DNA of 64,000 nucleotides from Candidatus Zhuqueibacterota bacterium. Lineage in GTDB: Bacteria > Zhuqueibacterota > Zhuqueibacteria > Thermofontimicrobiales > Thermofontimicrobiaceae. The translations under genes and the position numbers were made by a program. Shown here one piece after another: positions 10,614 through 20,181 of this stretch. How positions within the stretch are numbered: position 1 is the stretch's first letter; the number at the start of each line of letters is the position of its first letter. The DNA lies in the NCBI GenBank assembly GCA_049322915.1, contig JBMOPW010000026.1:96001-160000 (forward strand), in the 5' to 3' direction. The notes under the pieces were generated by a model. The model was not told the origin of the DNA. It did not search any database and saw nothing but the letters and a program-made list of their open reading frames with translations.

Positions 10614-11750
10614 ATGCAGGATTATTACATATTCAATTTTTTGCTTTTCCTGTTCACATTCCTGACTTTCCTGTACGTCTGGAAAATTTCTTATTTTTTG
10701 TGGGGACTATTTCGCCTCAGGGCCGGCAGAAACAAGAAAATGTACCACGTCACCGTCATTGTGCCTGCCCGCAATGAGGAAGAAAACATCAGCCGCTGCC
10801 TGCGTGCGCTTACGCGACAAAAATACCCCTCCGATAAATTGGAGATTGTCGTTGTGGATGATTTCTCCACCGACCGAACCGCTGATCTTGTTCGAACCTA
10901 CACGCAGCGATACGACTATATCTCTCTCATCAACCCGGGGCGGCTGGCGCCGGGGATGTCGCCCAAAAAGCGGGCGCTGCAAACCGGGATCGAATCATCC
11001 TCCGGCGAAATAATTATCACCACGGACGCCGACTGCTGGGCCTCGCCCCAATGGATTCGCCGCATCGTCTCCCAGTTCGAGGAACAGGTTGGTGTGGTGA
11101 CCGGGCTGGTGCTGTTCGATGCCGGGGATGAGAAAACGATATTTCACAAAATTCAGGCCATCGAATTTTTGGGGCTGACCATGGCCGGCATTGGCAGCAT
11201 TGGTGCCGGCGATCCCATCATCGCCAATGGAGCGAATTTCGCATTCCGGCGTCGCGCGTTTCAGCAGGTCAACGGCTATGAGGACGAGACGCACATCATC
11301 AGCGGCGATGACGACTTGCTTCTGCAGAAAATAGTGCGGCAGACTGACTGGAAAGTGAAATCGGTGATAGCGTCTGATTCCTTTGTCTATACCCGGCCGC
11401 TGTCCACGATTGTCTCCTTCCTCAACCAGCGAATTCGCTGGGCGTCGAAAGGGCTGGTGTACAAGAAGTTCTCTCTGGTCTTTTTTCTCGCCTCCGTCTA
11501 CCTGTTTTACCTGCTGCTTTTCATCTCAATCCCGCTCACATTGCCGTACGTTTCAAATTACCCCTATCCGGTCGCGGCGTTCACCATGAAATTGATCATC
11601 GATTTTCTATTGATTCTCAAAGGCACGGCAGTGGCTGGCAGACGGGATCTGCTTAAATATTTTTTAATAGCTGAAATTTTCCAGATACCCTATATCATTT
11701 ATGTGGGCTTTACCGGAATATTGGGCCAGTTCAACTGGAAAGGCCGATGA
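10614..11750 (+). CDS. Membrane glycosyltransferase family 2 (paralog 2, QxxRW)
   Basis: VPARNEE, VDDFSTD, TTDADC, SGDDD, QRIRW. Confidence 0.92.
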   Translation: MQDYYIFNFLLFLFTFLTFLYVWKISYFLWGLFRLRAGRNKKMYHVTVIVPARNEEENISRCLRALTRQKYPSDKLEIVVVDDFSTDRTADLVRTYTQRYDYISLINPGRLAPGMSPKKRALQTGIESSSGEIIITTDADCWASPQWIRRIVSQFEEQVGVVTGLVLFDAGDEKTIFHKIQAIEFLGLTMAGIGSIGAGDPIIANGANFAFRRRAFQQVNGYEDETHIISGDDDLLLQKIVRQTDWKVKSVIASDSFVYTRPLSTIVSFLNQRIRWASKGLVYKKFSLVFFLASVYLFYLLLFISIPLTLPYVSNYPYPVAAFTMKLIIDFLLILKGTAVAGRRDLLKYFLIAEIFQIPYIIYVGFTGILGQFNWKGR

Positions 11751-12385
11751 AATTTTTTCGAATCCCGGGGATGGCTCAAGTCTTCTTGCCCCAAATTATC
11801 TGGCGACTCCGGCCTGTGCAATCTCCCTGTGTATGCCTCACATTTGATGATGGGCCCCATCCTCATTTCACAGAGACTATACTGCGCATTTTGCACGAGC
11901 GCAATGTCCCGGCGACATTTTTCATTGTGGGCAAATACGCGATGGAATATCCTTCTCTGGTGCGCGCTGTCCATGAACAGAGACATGGGATTGGGCTCCA
12001 CTCGTTCGACCATCAGCGGATGTGCCGGCAGTCCGCAGCCTATTTCAGACGGCAATTGCTGCAGAACAGGGATATCGTGGAGCAGATCCTTGGCTGCCCG
12101 GTGAAATTCTTCCGACCGCCGTACGGGATATTTCGGCCGGGACTCATCCGCGTCTGCCAGCGCATGAAGCTTCGCATGGTGCTCTGGTCGCTGTTCACCT
12201 ATGATTATGACCTGCGCGTGTCGGATCAGGCGCTTCTGCACGTGATAAAATCGAACGTGATCAGCCGGGATATCATCGTCTTTCACGACGGCCATTCCAA
12301 TAGCTGGCGAACGGCTGACATTTTGGATTCGGTGATCTCCTTGTTGAAGGATCAAAATTTTGAATTTTTACCCTTGAAAGAATAA
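11747..12385 (+). CDS. Polysaccharide deacetylase (NodB/CE4)
   Basis: LTFDDGP, HSFDH, FRPPYG, IIVFHD motifs; ATGA coupling to the upstream GT2. Confidence 0.93.
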   Translation: MKFFRIPGMAQVFLPQIIWRLRPVQSPCVCLTFDDGPHPHFTETILRILHERNVPATFFIVGKYAMEYPSLVRAVHEQRHGIGLHSFDHQRMCRQSAAYFRRQLLQNRDIVEQILGCPVKFFRPPYGIFRPGLIRVCQRMKLRMVLWSLFTYDYDLRVSDQALLHVIKSNVISRDIIVFHDGHSNSWRTADILDSVISLLKDQNFEFLPLKE

Positions 12386-12395
12386 AAAAAAATCT

Positions 12396-12445
12396 TTGAC
12401 ATTTTGGAGTATTTTATTATATTAAAATATGTTGTGATGTCACAA
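12396..12445 (+). promoter_or_regulatory. Sigma70-like promoter with adjacent palindrome
   Basis: TTGACA(12396)-N16-TATATT(12418), then TTGTGA-TG-TCACAA at 12432-12445. Confidence 0.55.
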
Positions 12446-12513
12446 AAATGCGATACTACCAATTGTATAGTTTGTCGATCACCATCAGACTAAAATTTTG
12501 AAGCGATAAAAAT

Positions 12514-13779
12514 ATGAACTATCAAATCGATTATATCCGCTCCCAGTTTCCTGCGCTGAACCGAACCGTCAATGGTTTTCCGGCCATCTATTTCGACGGA
12601 CCGGGCGGAACCCAGGCGCCGCAACGGGTCATTGACAAAATGGTGGATTACCTCCAAAACCATAACGCCAATACTCACGGTGAGTTTGCCACGAGTCGGG
12701 AGACGGATGAAATATTGTTGAATGCAAAGAAGACGTTCGCCGATTTCTTCGGCTGCGCCTGGAACGAGGTTTCGTTCTGCCATAACTCTACGACGATCAA
12801 TTTCAAGCTGGCTCAGGCTATCGGAAGAAGTCTGGCGCCGGGCGATGAAATCATCATCACAGACATGGATCATGAAGCCAATCGCGGCCCCTGGGAAGCA
12901 TTGGCGGAGCGCGGAATGGTCATCAAAAATGTGAGGATGAATCCTGCCGCCTGCACACTCGACATACAGGATTTTCAGGACAAATTATCGGCCCGGACCA
13001 GAGTGGTGGCGTTCAATTATGCGTCCAATGCGCTGGGAACAATCAGCGACGCGAAAGAAATGATCCGGCTGGCGAAGCAGGTGAAGGCGCTGACAGTCGT
13101 GGACGCGGTTCATTTCGCCCTGCACGGTGTTATCGACGTCAGGGAGATTGGCGCCGATTTCCTGTTTTGTTCCGCTTATAAATTTTTCGGGCCCCATGTC
13201 GGCGTGCTGTTCGGCGCGTACGACGTGATGGATCGGCTGAATACACTTCGCGTCAGTACCCAGGAATCTGTCCCTCCCTGGAAATTTGAAACCGGCACGC
13301 TGAATCAGGAGGGCATTGCCGGCGCTGCCGAGGCCGTGGATTTCATCGCGGATATTGGCGCAACGCATCGGGAAAATTTCACGGACCGAATGCCTGATTG
13401 CTCCGAGCGAAGAAAGAATATCATCCGCGGCATGCGGACAGTGGAAGCGTACGAGCAGCCACTGGCTCAGTATTTTAAAGATGAATTGGCCCGGATCAAT
13501 GGCCTGAAAATTTACAGTCCGCCGAAAGACCATCCCTGCACATCGACGATTTCGTTTCGATTGAAAGATGTCCATCCCAATCGAGTGGCGGTATTGTTGG
13601 GCGAGCGGGGGATATTCGTGTGGGATGGGCATTTTTACGCAGCGCAGATTGTCAAATCACTGGGACTGGAAGAGAGCGGCGGGCTGGTGCGCATTGGCCT
13701 GGCGCCATACAGCACCCGGGAAGAAATCGATCGGGCGCTCGCTGAAATTGCCGCGATCGCTTCGGGTCAGCGGGCGTGA
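12514..13779 (+). CDS. Cysteine-desulfurase-like PLP enzyme (aminotransferase class V, VC1184-type)
   Basis: YFDGPGGTQ, DHEAN, VDAVH, SAYKFFGPH (PLP Lys); WDGHFYA in place of the Cys-containing RxGHHCA loop. Confidence 0.88.
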   Translation: MNYQIDYIRSQFPALNRTVNGFPAIYFDGPGGTQAPQRVIDKMVDYLQNHNANTHGEFATSRETDEILLNAKKTFADFFGCAWNEVSFCHNSTTINFKLAQAIGRSLAPGDEIIITDMDHEANRGPWEALAERGMVIKNVRMNPAACTLDIQDFQDKLSARTRVVAFNYASNALGTISDAKEMIRLAKQVKALTVVDAVHFALHGVIDVREIGADFLFCSAYKFFGPHVGVLFGAYDVMDRLNTLRVSTQESVPPWKFETGTLNQEGIAGAAEAVDFIADIGATHRENFTDRMPDCSERRKNIIRGMRTVEAYEQPLAQYFKDELARINGLKIYSPPKDHPCTSTISFRLKDVHPNRVAVLLGERGIFVWDGHFYAAQIVKSLGLEESGGLVRIGLAPYSTREEIDRALAEIAAIASGQRA

Positions 13780-15506
13780 TGATGCAGAGAGAATGCGTCT
13801 GTCCCGGATTTCGGGCGCGCTGTTTTTATCCCAAACCGACTGAATCGAAATTGAAAATGGTCAAAACTGAAACTGGTTCTATGAATATGACTTTGGTGAG
13901 ATTTGCGCAACGCGCTCTGTTTCGACTGAAATCTATGACCGGGCGATTTTTACTGGTCGGGATCATTGTTTGTTCTCTGTCAGGCGCTGCGGTTGGCCAA
14001 TCCGTGAACGTCCCGCTGCAGCATCGGGTTTACGGTTACCTCGACCGAATGGAAGCGCGCGGCTGTTTCCGAAGCCTGGAACTTCGGGCTCGGCCCATCT
14101 CCCGCGCTGATGTGGCAGAACTGCTGGGCCGGATTGAGCAGGCGAGTTTTGAAAATCGAGTCCGTCTGTCCCACGCTGAACTGGATCTGCTGGAGCAACT
14201 CAAAGGTGAATTTTGCGACGAAATGGCAAAGCACCCTGTGCAGGTGAATGACGATTATCGGGAACGGCATCTGCTGGTTTGGAATGAGGATAAGAACACC
14301 ATCAACGTGGATATTGATTTTGCTCAGCGTTTCGACATCACCCGGTTTCTGTGCGAGGATTCCACGGCGCGTACGTCATTGACGACGCTGGGCGGTATCC
14401 TTCGCGGCAATCTGAACGAGAGCCTGGGTTTCTATCTGCATTTTACCAACGCATTGTTGCGGGGAGTTGACATTGAGCGGGAGAACTTCAATCCGGAATA
14501 TGGGCTGCCAATCACGATTGCCGGGGACAATGTCTATCAGGACAACGCGGCAGCGTATTTCGTCTGGAAATTGCCGTGGTTCCAACTGCAATTCGGGCGC
14601 GACCAGGCGCAATGGGGGCCGGGCTACCAGGGCAGTTTGATGCTGTCCGCGCAGAATCCGCTGTTCGACATGCTGAAAATTCGCGCCAATTATCATCGAT
14701 TCCACTTCACCAGTATTCACGGAAAATTGAACAGCAGCGCGGCGCAAAAATATCTGGCAGCGCATCGTATCGAATTCCGCGTCCTGCCCTGGTTGTTTCT
14801 GGCCGGCTCGGAGTCCGTCGTCTACGGCGACCGGGGCATTGAATGGCAGTACGTCAATCCGATCATGCCCTATCACATTGCAGAACATCACCTCGGCGAT
14901 AAAGACAATAACACCATGTCCTTCGATTTTACCATGTTCCCCTGGCCGGGGCATAAAGTTTACGGGGAATTGTTTCTGGATGATTTCACCACATCGGAAA
15001 ATCCGTTCACCTATTTCGGAAATAAATTTGCGTTTCTGACCGGCTATCACTGGGCCAATCCGCTGAGCGTACCCAATCTCGATCTCAAAGCCGAATACGC
15101 GCGGGTGGAACCGTTCGTGTACACGCATCACGTGCCGGTCAATGTGTATCAGCATTACGATCGAATCATCGGACACTGGCTGGGACCCAATTCGGACCAA
15201 CTGTATTTCGAGGCCGGGTATCTGTTCAATCGGGACATGAATCTGAGCCTGATTGCTGAACGGATTCGAGACGGGAAAGGCGATGTGAGCACCTTTCATA
15301 CAGTGGCAATGGGCAATGAGAAAAAATTTCTCTCCGGCATTGTCGAGGAATCCTGGCGGTTCGGCTTTTCATTTACCGATCAAATCCTTCGGGATTTTTT
15401 CCTGAATTTGCAATATCACAGCATTCAGTTTTATAATACGGAACATGTATCGGGCCGAAATTCGTGCGATAGTCAGATCATCTTTCAACTCACCGTGAAT
15501 TGGTAG
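13776..15506 (+). CDS. Capsule assembly Wzi-family outer-membrane beta-barrel
   Basis: GRDQAQWGPGYQGSLMLS, AAHRIE, YGELFLDD, IGHWLGPNSD, terminal aromatic residue; true start probably 13881-13934. Confidence 0.8.
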   Translation: MMMQRECVCPGFRARCFYPKPTESKLKMVKTETGSMNMTLVRFAQRALFRLKSMTGRFLLVGIIVCSLSGAAVGQSVNVPLQHRVYGYLDRMEARGCFRSLELRARPISRADVAELLGRIEQASFENRVRLSHAELDLLEQLKGEFCDEMAKHPVQVNDDYRERHLLVWNEDKNTINVDIDFAQRFDITRFLCEDSTARTSLTTLGGILRGNLNESLGFYLHFTNALLRGVDIERENFNPEYGLPITIAGDNVYQDNAAAYFVWKLPWFQLQFGRDQAQWGPGYQGSLMLSAQNPLFDMLKIRANYHRFHFTSIHGKLNSSAAQKYLAAHRIEFRVLPWLFLAGSESVVYGDRGIEWQYVNPIMPYHIAEHHLGDKDNNTMSFDFTMFPWPGHKVYGELFLDDFTTSENPFTYFGNKFAFLTGYHWANPLSVPNLDLKAEYARVEPFVYTHHVPVNVYQHYDRIIGHWLGPNSDQLYFEAGYLFNRDMNLSLIAERIRDGKGDVSTFHTVAMGNEKKFLSGIVEESWRFGFSFTDQILRDFFLNLQYHSIQFYNTEHVSGRNSCDSQIIFQLTVNW

Positions 15507-16654
15507 GAAGCGTGTTAATTTTTTATGCAGTCACCGCAGCGCTGATTGCCGGATATGGAGCGCTTCTGTTTCGGCTCATCGCAGGACTGGGTAAATTGAA
15601 ACCCGGCAGAAACGCGCACCAATACACTGTCTCAGTGATTGTCGCTGCGCGCAATGAAGAGCAAAACATAAGACCCTGTCTGGATGCACTGGTTCAGCAG
15701 ACATACCCGGTGAGCAAGTATGAAATAATTATAATCGATGACCGCTCGTCGGACAGCACCGCGACGGTCGTTGAGAGTTACTGCCAGCGGTTTCATCACA
15801 TAAAATTGGCGCGAGTTAAAAGCGTCCCGGCTGGCATTGCGCCCAAGAAGAACGCGTTGCAGCAGGGAATTGCGGTCTCGCAGGGAGAGATCATTTTAAC
15901 CACGGACGCCGATTGCGTCCCGGCGCCAGGCTGGATTTCGGCGATGGTATCGTATTTTGAGCCGAGCGTGGGATTGGTTGCTGGCTTTTCGCCGCTGGAA
16001 CAGGCGAAATCACAGTCAGTATTCACAAGGCTCATGACGCTGGATTCGCTCTCACTGGCCGCAGTCGCCGCCGGCAGCTTTGGTATGGGGCGTCCGTTGA
16101 CATGCAGCGGAAGGAACCTGGGCTATCGTCGGGAAACATTTCATGCAGTCGGCGGGTTTAAGGAATTCCAACATTTCGTTTCCGGTGACGATGATTTATT
16201 GCTGCACCGCATCCGGCAGCATTCGGTCTGGGACATGAGATACGCTGCAACCCCGGAAGCGATTGTGCGATCCCTGGCGCCGACGAACCTCAGGCAGTTC
16301 GCCAATCAGCGCATTCGGCATGCTTCCAAGGGTCGCTTTTATGCGGCTTCAATGGTGCTGGGTCTGATCGGGGTATACCTATTAAATTTTAATTTATTGT
16401 GTTTGTTGCTGTTGTCATTGACTTTTAACAAATATTTGTTATATTGGGTAGCGCTGATGATTTTGAAGAGTCTGCCCGAATTCCTGTTGATCACCCGTTT
16501 CGCTCGTTTCGTAAATTGTACAAAGATACTGCGCGCATTTCCCTGGGCCATGCTGGCGCATGTGCCGTATGTAGTGATCTTCGGATTGCTGGGACAGTTG
16601 GGTAAATTCCAGTGGAAGGATGAAACATTCACACCGCGCGCAAATCGCACGTAG
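15500..16654 (+). CDS. Membrane glycosyltransferase family 2 (paralog 3, QxxRH variant)
   Basis: VAARNEE, IDDRSSD, TTDADC, SGDDD, QRIRH. Confidence 0.92.
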   Translation: MVGSVLIFYAVTAALIAGYGALLFRLIAGLGKLKPGRNAHQYTVSVIVAARNEEQNIRPCLDALVQQTYPVSKYEIIIIDDRSSDSTATVVESYCQRFHHIKLARVKSVPAGIAPKKNALQQGIAVSQGEIILTTDADCVPAPGWISAMVSYFEPSVGLVAGFSPLEQAKSQSVFTRLMTLDSLSLAAVAAGSFGMGRPLTCSGRNLGYRRETFHAVGGFKEFQHFVSGDDDLLLHRIRQHSVWDMRYAATPEAIVRSLAPTNLRQFANQRIRHASKGRFYAASMVLGLIGVYLLNFNLLCLLLLSLTFNKYLLYWVALMILKSLPEFLLITRFARFVNCTKILRAFPWAMLAHVPYVVIFGLLGQLGKFQWKDETFTPRANRT

Positions 16655-16657
16655 CGA

Positions 16658-17836
16658 TTGAAGGAGTTATGGTTGCTGGACATCATTTTTGGCGTTGTCA
16701 CGACACTCTATTTTTTCATCCTTATTTCGTTTTTCATTGGACTGTTTTTCCCGAATAAAAAACAGACTCGGCAATCGTATTTTGTATCCGTAGTCGTGGC
16801 TGCCCGGAATGAAGAGAAAAATATCGGGGTTCTTTTATCGGATCTGGTTAACCAGACCTATCCCGGCGATCGATACGAAATCATCATCGCCAATGATGGC
16901 TCCGAAGACGGCACTGCTGACATCATCGAGACATTCGCTCGGAAATATCCCAACGTGAAGCAGGTGCTGGCGTTGCCAGACGCTGCGAATGGATTGATGG
17001 CCAAGAAAAACGCCCTGAACCAGGGCATTCGCAACAGCATGGGCGAATTGATTGTTACGACTGATGCGGATTGCCGCGTGCAACCCACCTGGATTGAAAC
17101 GATGGTTTCGTATTTCAAAGATGATGTTGGCATGGTGGTGGGATTTTCGCAATTGGGAAATCGAGAGTATGACTACTCATTTTTTGAGGGACTGCAAGCG
17201 CTCGATTTTCTGTCGCTTCTGGCCGCAGCCCAGGGTTCGCTCAATCTGAATTGGCCGCTGGCAGCTTCGGGCCAAAATCTGGCCTATCGCAAAGAGGCAT
17301 TCGAACAGGTCGGCGGATTCATGACGATCAAACAGCGCATCTCCGGGGACGATGTCCTGCTGCTTCAACTCATCAAAAAGAAGACGAACTGGAAAATACG
17401 ATTTGCGTCATCGTCCCGAAGCTTCAACTGGACGCCGCCGGAGCGGACGCTCAAATCGTTTTTGAATCAGAGAAAGCGCTGGGCGTCCAATGGCTCGTAC
17501 CAGTTTCATTTGAATAAATTCTTTTTTCTGTTCATCGTCACCGTATTTGTAATGAATGCGCTGGTGCTTGTTGGAACGCCGGCCTATGCAACCATGTATC
17601 ATTCCATCGCGCTCCCGCTGGGATGTTTTGCCGTTAAAGTCGCTGCAGAAATGGTGGTGATCGCCAAAGGGAGCCGGGTCTACCAACGAACTGACTTATT
17701 GAAGTATTTTCCAATCTGGGTTTTCGTTCAGATTCCATACGTGATTTTCACCGGGCTACTGGGCAGTCTGGGGCATTTCATCTGGAAAGACAGGAAGCAT
17801 ATTCAGGAACTTACGATTTTCAGGACCGACCATTGA
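16658..17836 (+). CDS. Membrane glycosyltransferase family 2 (paralog 4, QxxRW)
   Basis: VAARNEE, NDGSED, TTDADC, SGDDV, QRKRW. Confidence 0.92.
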   Translation: MKELWLLDIIFGVVTTLYFFILISFFIGLFFPNKKQTRQSYFVSVVVAARNEEKNIGVLLSDLVNQTYPGDRYEIIIANDGSEDGTADIIETFARKYPNVKQVLALPDAANGLMAKKNALNQGIRNSMGELIVTTDADCRVQPTWIETMVSYFKDDVGMVVGFSQLGNREYDYSFFEGLQALDFLSLLAAAQGSLNLNWPLAASGQNLAYRKEAFEQVGGFMTIKQRISGDDVLLLQLIKKKTNWKIRFASSSRSFNWTPPERTLKSFLNQRKRWASNGSYQFHLNKFFFLFIVTVFVMNALVLVGTPAYATMYHSIALPLGCFAVKVAAEMVVIAKGSRVYQRTDLLKYFPIWVFVQIPYVIFTGLLGSLGHFIWKDRKHIQELTIFRTDH

Positions 17837-18885
17837 ACTGGCTACAGCCGACTTACAATCTGCTCCGGCGCGGCATTCAGAAATTGCCCCTCAATTCGAG
17901 CACGGAAATCCGTCTGACGCGATTGTGCAGCCAGCGCTGCCGCCAGTGCAGTGTGTATGAACGAAAGACAGTCCCGGCCAGTATGGACATCGGGCGGTTC
18001 AGGCTTATAGCGCAGCAGTTGCGGGAATATGGCGCGTACATTGGCTTCATCTCCGGCGGCGAAGCCACGTTAGTCCCGGACCTGGATTTAATTCTGACCG
18101 AGGCGAAGAAGACGTTTTCGCTCGCCACCACGCTGGTGACCGGGCTTTACAACAGTCCGGAGATTATTCACAGGGTTGCCTCCGGCGCGCTGGCACAGGA
18201 TATCAATATCCAGACATCGCTGGACGGGCTGGGTGAATTGGGCGATTCGCTGCGCGGCGTGCAAAATTTTTCGGACACAATTTTAGGGCACATGAAATGG
18301 ATCGCCGAGAACAGGCACGGATCCAAATCCTTGCTGTACGCGAATATCGTGCTCAATAATCTGAATCTGGATCAGGTACCGGAATTGATTCAGCGGGCCA
18401 ATGATCTCGGCTGGAAGACCACCATTGGGTTGTATCACACGCTGACCGAAACAACCCGCTCCGACGATGAATTGCGCATTCAGCCGGGAGAACGGTTGGA
18501 TCGGGTATTGAAATTTTTGGATGGCAATCCCAAAATCCTGAACCTGAATTCGTTCATTCAGGGAATAGGCCCGTTCATCGCCGGCCAGCAGAAAAAAATC
18601 TGCGCGTTTGTCGATTCGCCGGTGCTGACAACCCGCATCACCATCATGGAAAATGGCGACGTGCATTTATGTTATGGTCGGCCGATTGGCAATCTTTTCA
18701 CGCAGACTTTGCAGGAAATTTTTCACGGGGAAGAATATACGAAACGGTTGAATGAGTACCGCAATTGCCCCGGTTGCTGGACAACCTGTTACACACAGCG
18801 TTATCTGTTGGTGCACCCCCGATCGGTGAAGGAGTTGTATCATAATTTTGCGAAGGTTAAAGGGACCAAAAGAAAAAGAGATTAA
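17833..18885 (+). CDS. Radical SAM protein with C-terminal Cys-rich (SPASM-like) domain
   Basis: CSQRCRQC, ISGGEA, SLDG, C-terminal C...GDVHLC...CPGCWTTC. Confidence 0.88.
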   Translation: MNWLQPTYNLLRRGIQKLPLNSSTEIRLTRLCSQRCRQCSVYERKTVPASMDIGRFRLIAQQLREYGAYIGFISGGEATLVPDLDLILTEAKKTFSLATTLVTGLYNSPEIIHRVASGALAQDINIQTSLDGLGELGDSLRGVQNFSDTILGHMKWIAENRHGSKSLLYANIVLNNLNLDQVPELIQRANDLGWKTTIGLYHTLTETTRSDDELRIQPGERLDRVLKFLDGNPKILNLNSFIQGIGPFIAGQQKKICAFVDSPVLTTRITIMENGDVHLCYGRPIGNLFTQTLQEIFHGEEYTKRLNEYRNCPGCWTTCYTQRYLLVHPRSVKELYHNFAKVKGTKRKRD

Positions 18886-18887
18886 GA

Positions 18888-19583
18888 ATGAAACCAGAAA
18901 AGGATCTTTTTGAAAGGCGGCAGAATCCGAGGTATTATCCTGACCGGAAAAATCAGCCGAAAGTAAGTTTCATTTTTAATAATGGAGAAAAGATATCCAT
19001 CGAAGTGGTGAACATCAGCAAAGGGGGGCTGTTAGGTTACACGTCGAGCATCGAGCAGTTTCTGGAAATTGATCATCAGCGAATTGATGTGATCGAGATA
19101 ATATTCCCGGAACGGCAGCCATTTCGCTGCTCCGGGAAATTGCTGCGGCTGCAGCCGACGCGGGAGGAAAACAAATGTTTCTGCGCCGTGGAATTCAGTC
19201 TCGTTGGCACAGACCTGAACCAAAACCAGGTGGATGTGGCGCAGCGAATCGAGGAGTCCCAGCAGCCGGAAAAGAAAATCATTATTCCGGATCAGCAACT
19301 GCTCAAACGCGTGGAGCGCGCGACGAACTACATGCGAGTTGAGGATGCCGACCGCGAATCGGAAATTCGTAAATCCGTGTATGACTCCTTCGACGATATT
19401 ACGTCCAAATTATCGCTGGAGGAGAAGTGGTGGTTTTTCGAAATCATCGATGAGATGAAACGGCGAGAGCCGGATTGTCCCGAAGGCCTGAAACGGGCCT
19501 ATATCAAATTATGCCGGATTGGCATCGAACAATCGCTGGGCAAGCATCATAAACTGGAAATCGCCGGCGTCGATCACATGTAA
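18888..19583 (+). CDS. PilZ-domain (c-di-GMP-binding) protein
   Basis: RRQNPR (RxxxR) and NISKGG (D/NxSxxG) motifs, plus a helical C-terminal region. Confidence 0.75.
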   Translation: MKPEKDLFERRQNPRYYPDRKNQPKVSFIFNNGEKISIEVVNISKGGLLGYTSSIEQFLEIDHQRIDVIEIIFPERQPFRCSGKLLRLQPTREENKCFCAVEFSLVGTDLNQNQVDVAQRIEESQQPEKKIIIPDQQLLKRVERATNYMRVEDADRESEIRKSVYDSFDDITSKLSLEEKWWFFEIIDEMKRREPDCPEGLKRAYIKLCRIGIEQSLGKHHKLEIAGVDHM

Positions 19584-19611
19584 AATCGCTGGCAAGGCTG
19601 GGTGAACATAT

Positions 19612-19651
19612 AAAAAGCTCCGCAGGAGAAAGATCTGCGGAGCTTTTTTTT
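19612..19651. terminator. Bidirectional intrinsic terminator
   Basis: AAAAAGCTCCGCAG / CTGCGGAGCTTTTT between convergent genes. Confidence 0.85.
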
Positions 19652-19681
19652 CATGCAACAATTAATATGAGCAGGCAATTC

Positions 19682-20077
19682 TTAAAAAACTTCTTTTATC
19701 ACAATATCGTAGCTGACGAAGTTGGTGGAAAGCTCGGCAAACTCAGCGGTGAATTGAATTAAAAATTTCCCGTCAAAGGTTGGCTTCAGGCTAATCACTT
19801 CCAGGTGACTCTGGCAACTCTCGATAGTGATCTGTTGCGTGGCGGCGAGTTGGTCGCGGTAGGTCAGTCGGGTGCCGGTTTCCGAAAAATTGACAAATCC
19901 GATTTCAATGACATACTGCCGATTGCCCCGATAATCGAAAAAGTGGGTATAGTTCCCCTTCGCTGTGGTTAATGCGCCAGCTTCGTAATATAGGACTTTC
20001 TCCGCGGACGATACCTGAAGCGAGTCGCCCATGATGAGCAGCAGGGAAAATAACATGATTCGGCGAATGATACGCAT
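19682..20077 (-). CDS. Hypothetical secreted protein
   Basis: 131 aa, signal-peptide-like N-terminus, GGAG RBS, ends at the terminator. Confidence 0.6.
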   Translation of the reverse strand: MRIIRRIMLFSLLLIMGDSLQVSSAEKVLYYEAGALTTAKGNYTHFFDYRGNRQYVIEIGFVNFSETGTRLTYRDQLAATQQITIESCQSHLEVISLKPTFDGKFLIQFTAEFAELSTNFVSYDIVIKEVF

Positions 20078-20181
20078 GGCTGTCTCCAGTTTATAAAATT
20101 GCTGTATGCTTTATTACTTTATCGTCACACCCATCGGAAAACGTTAATGAAATTTTCTTTTTTAATTATATGCCAAAATTG

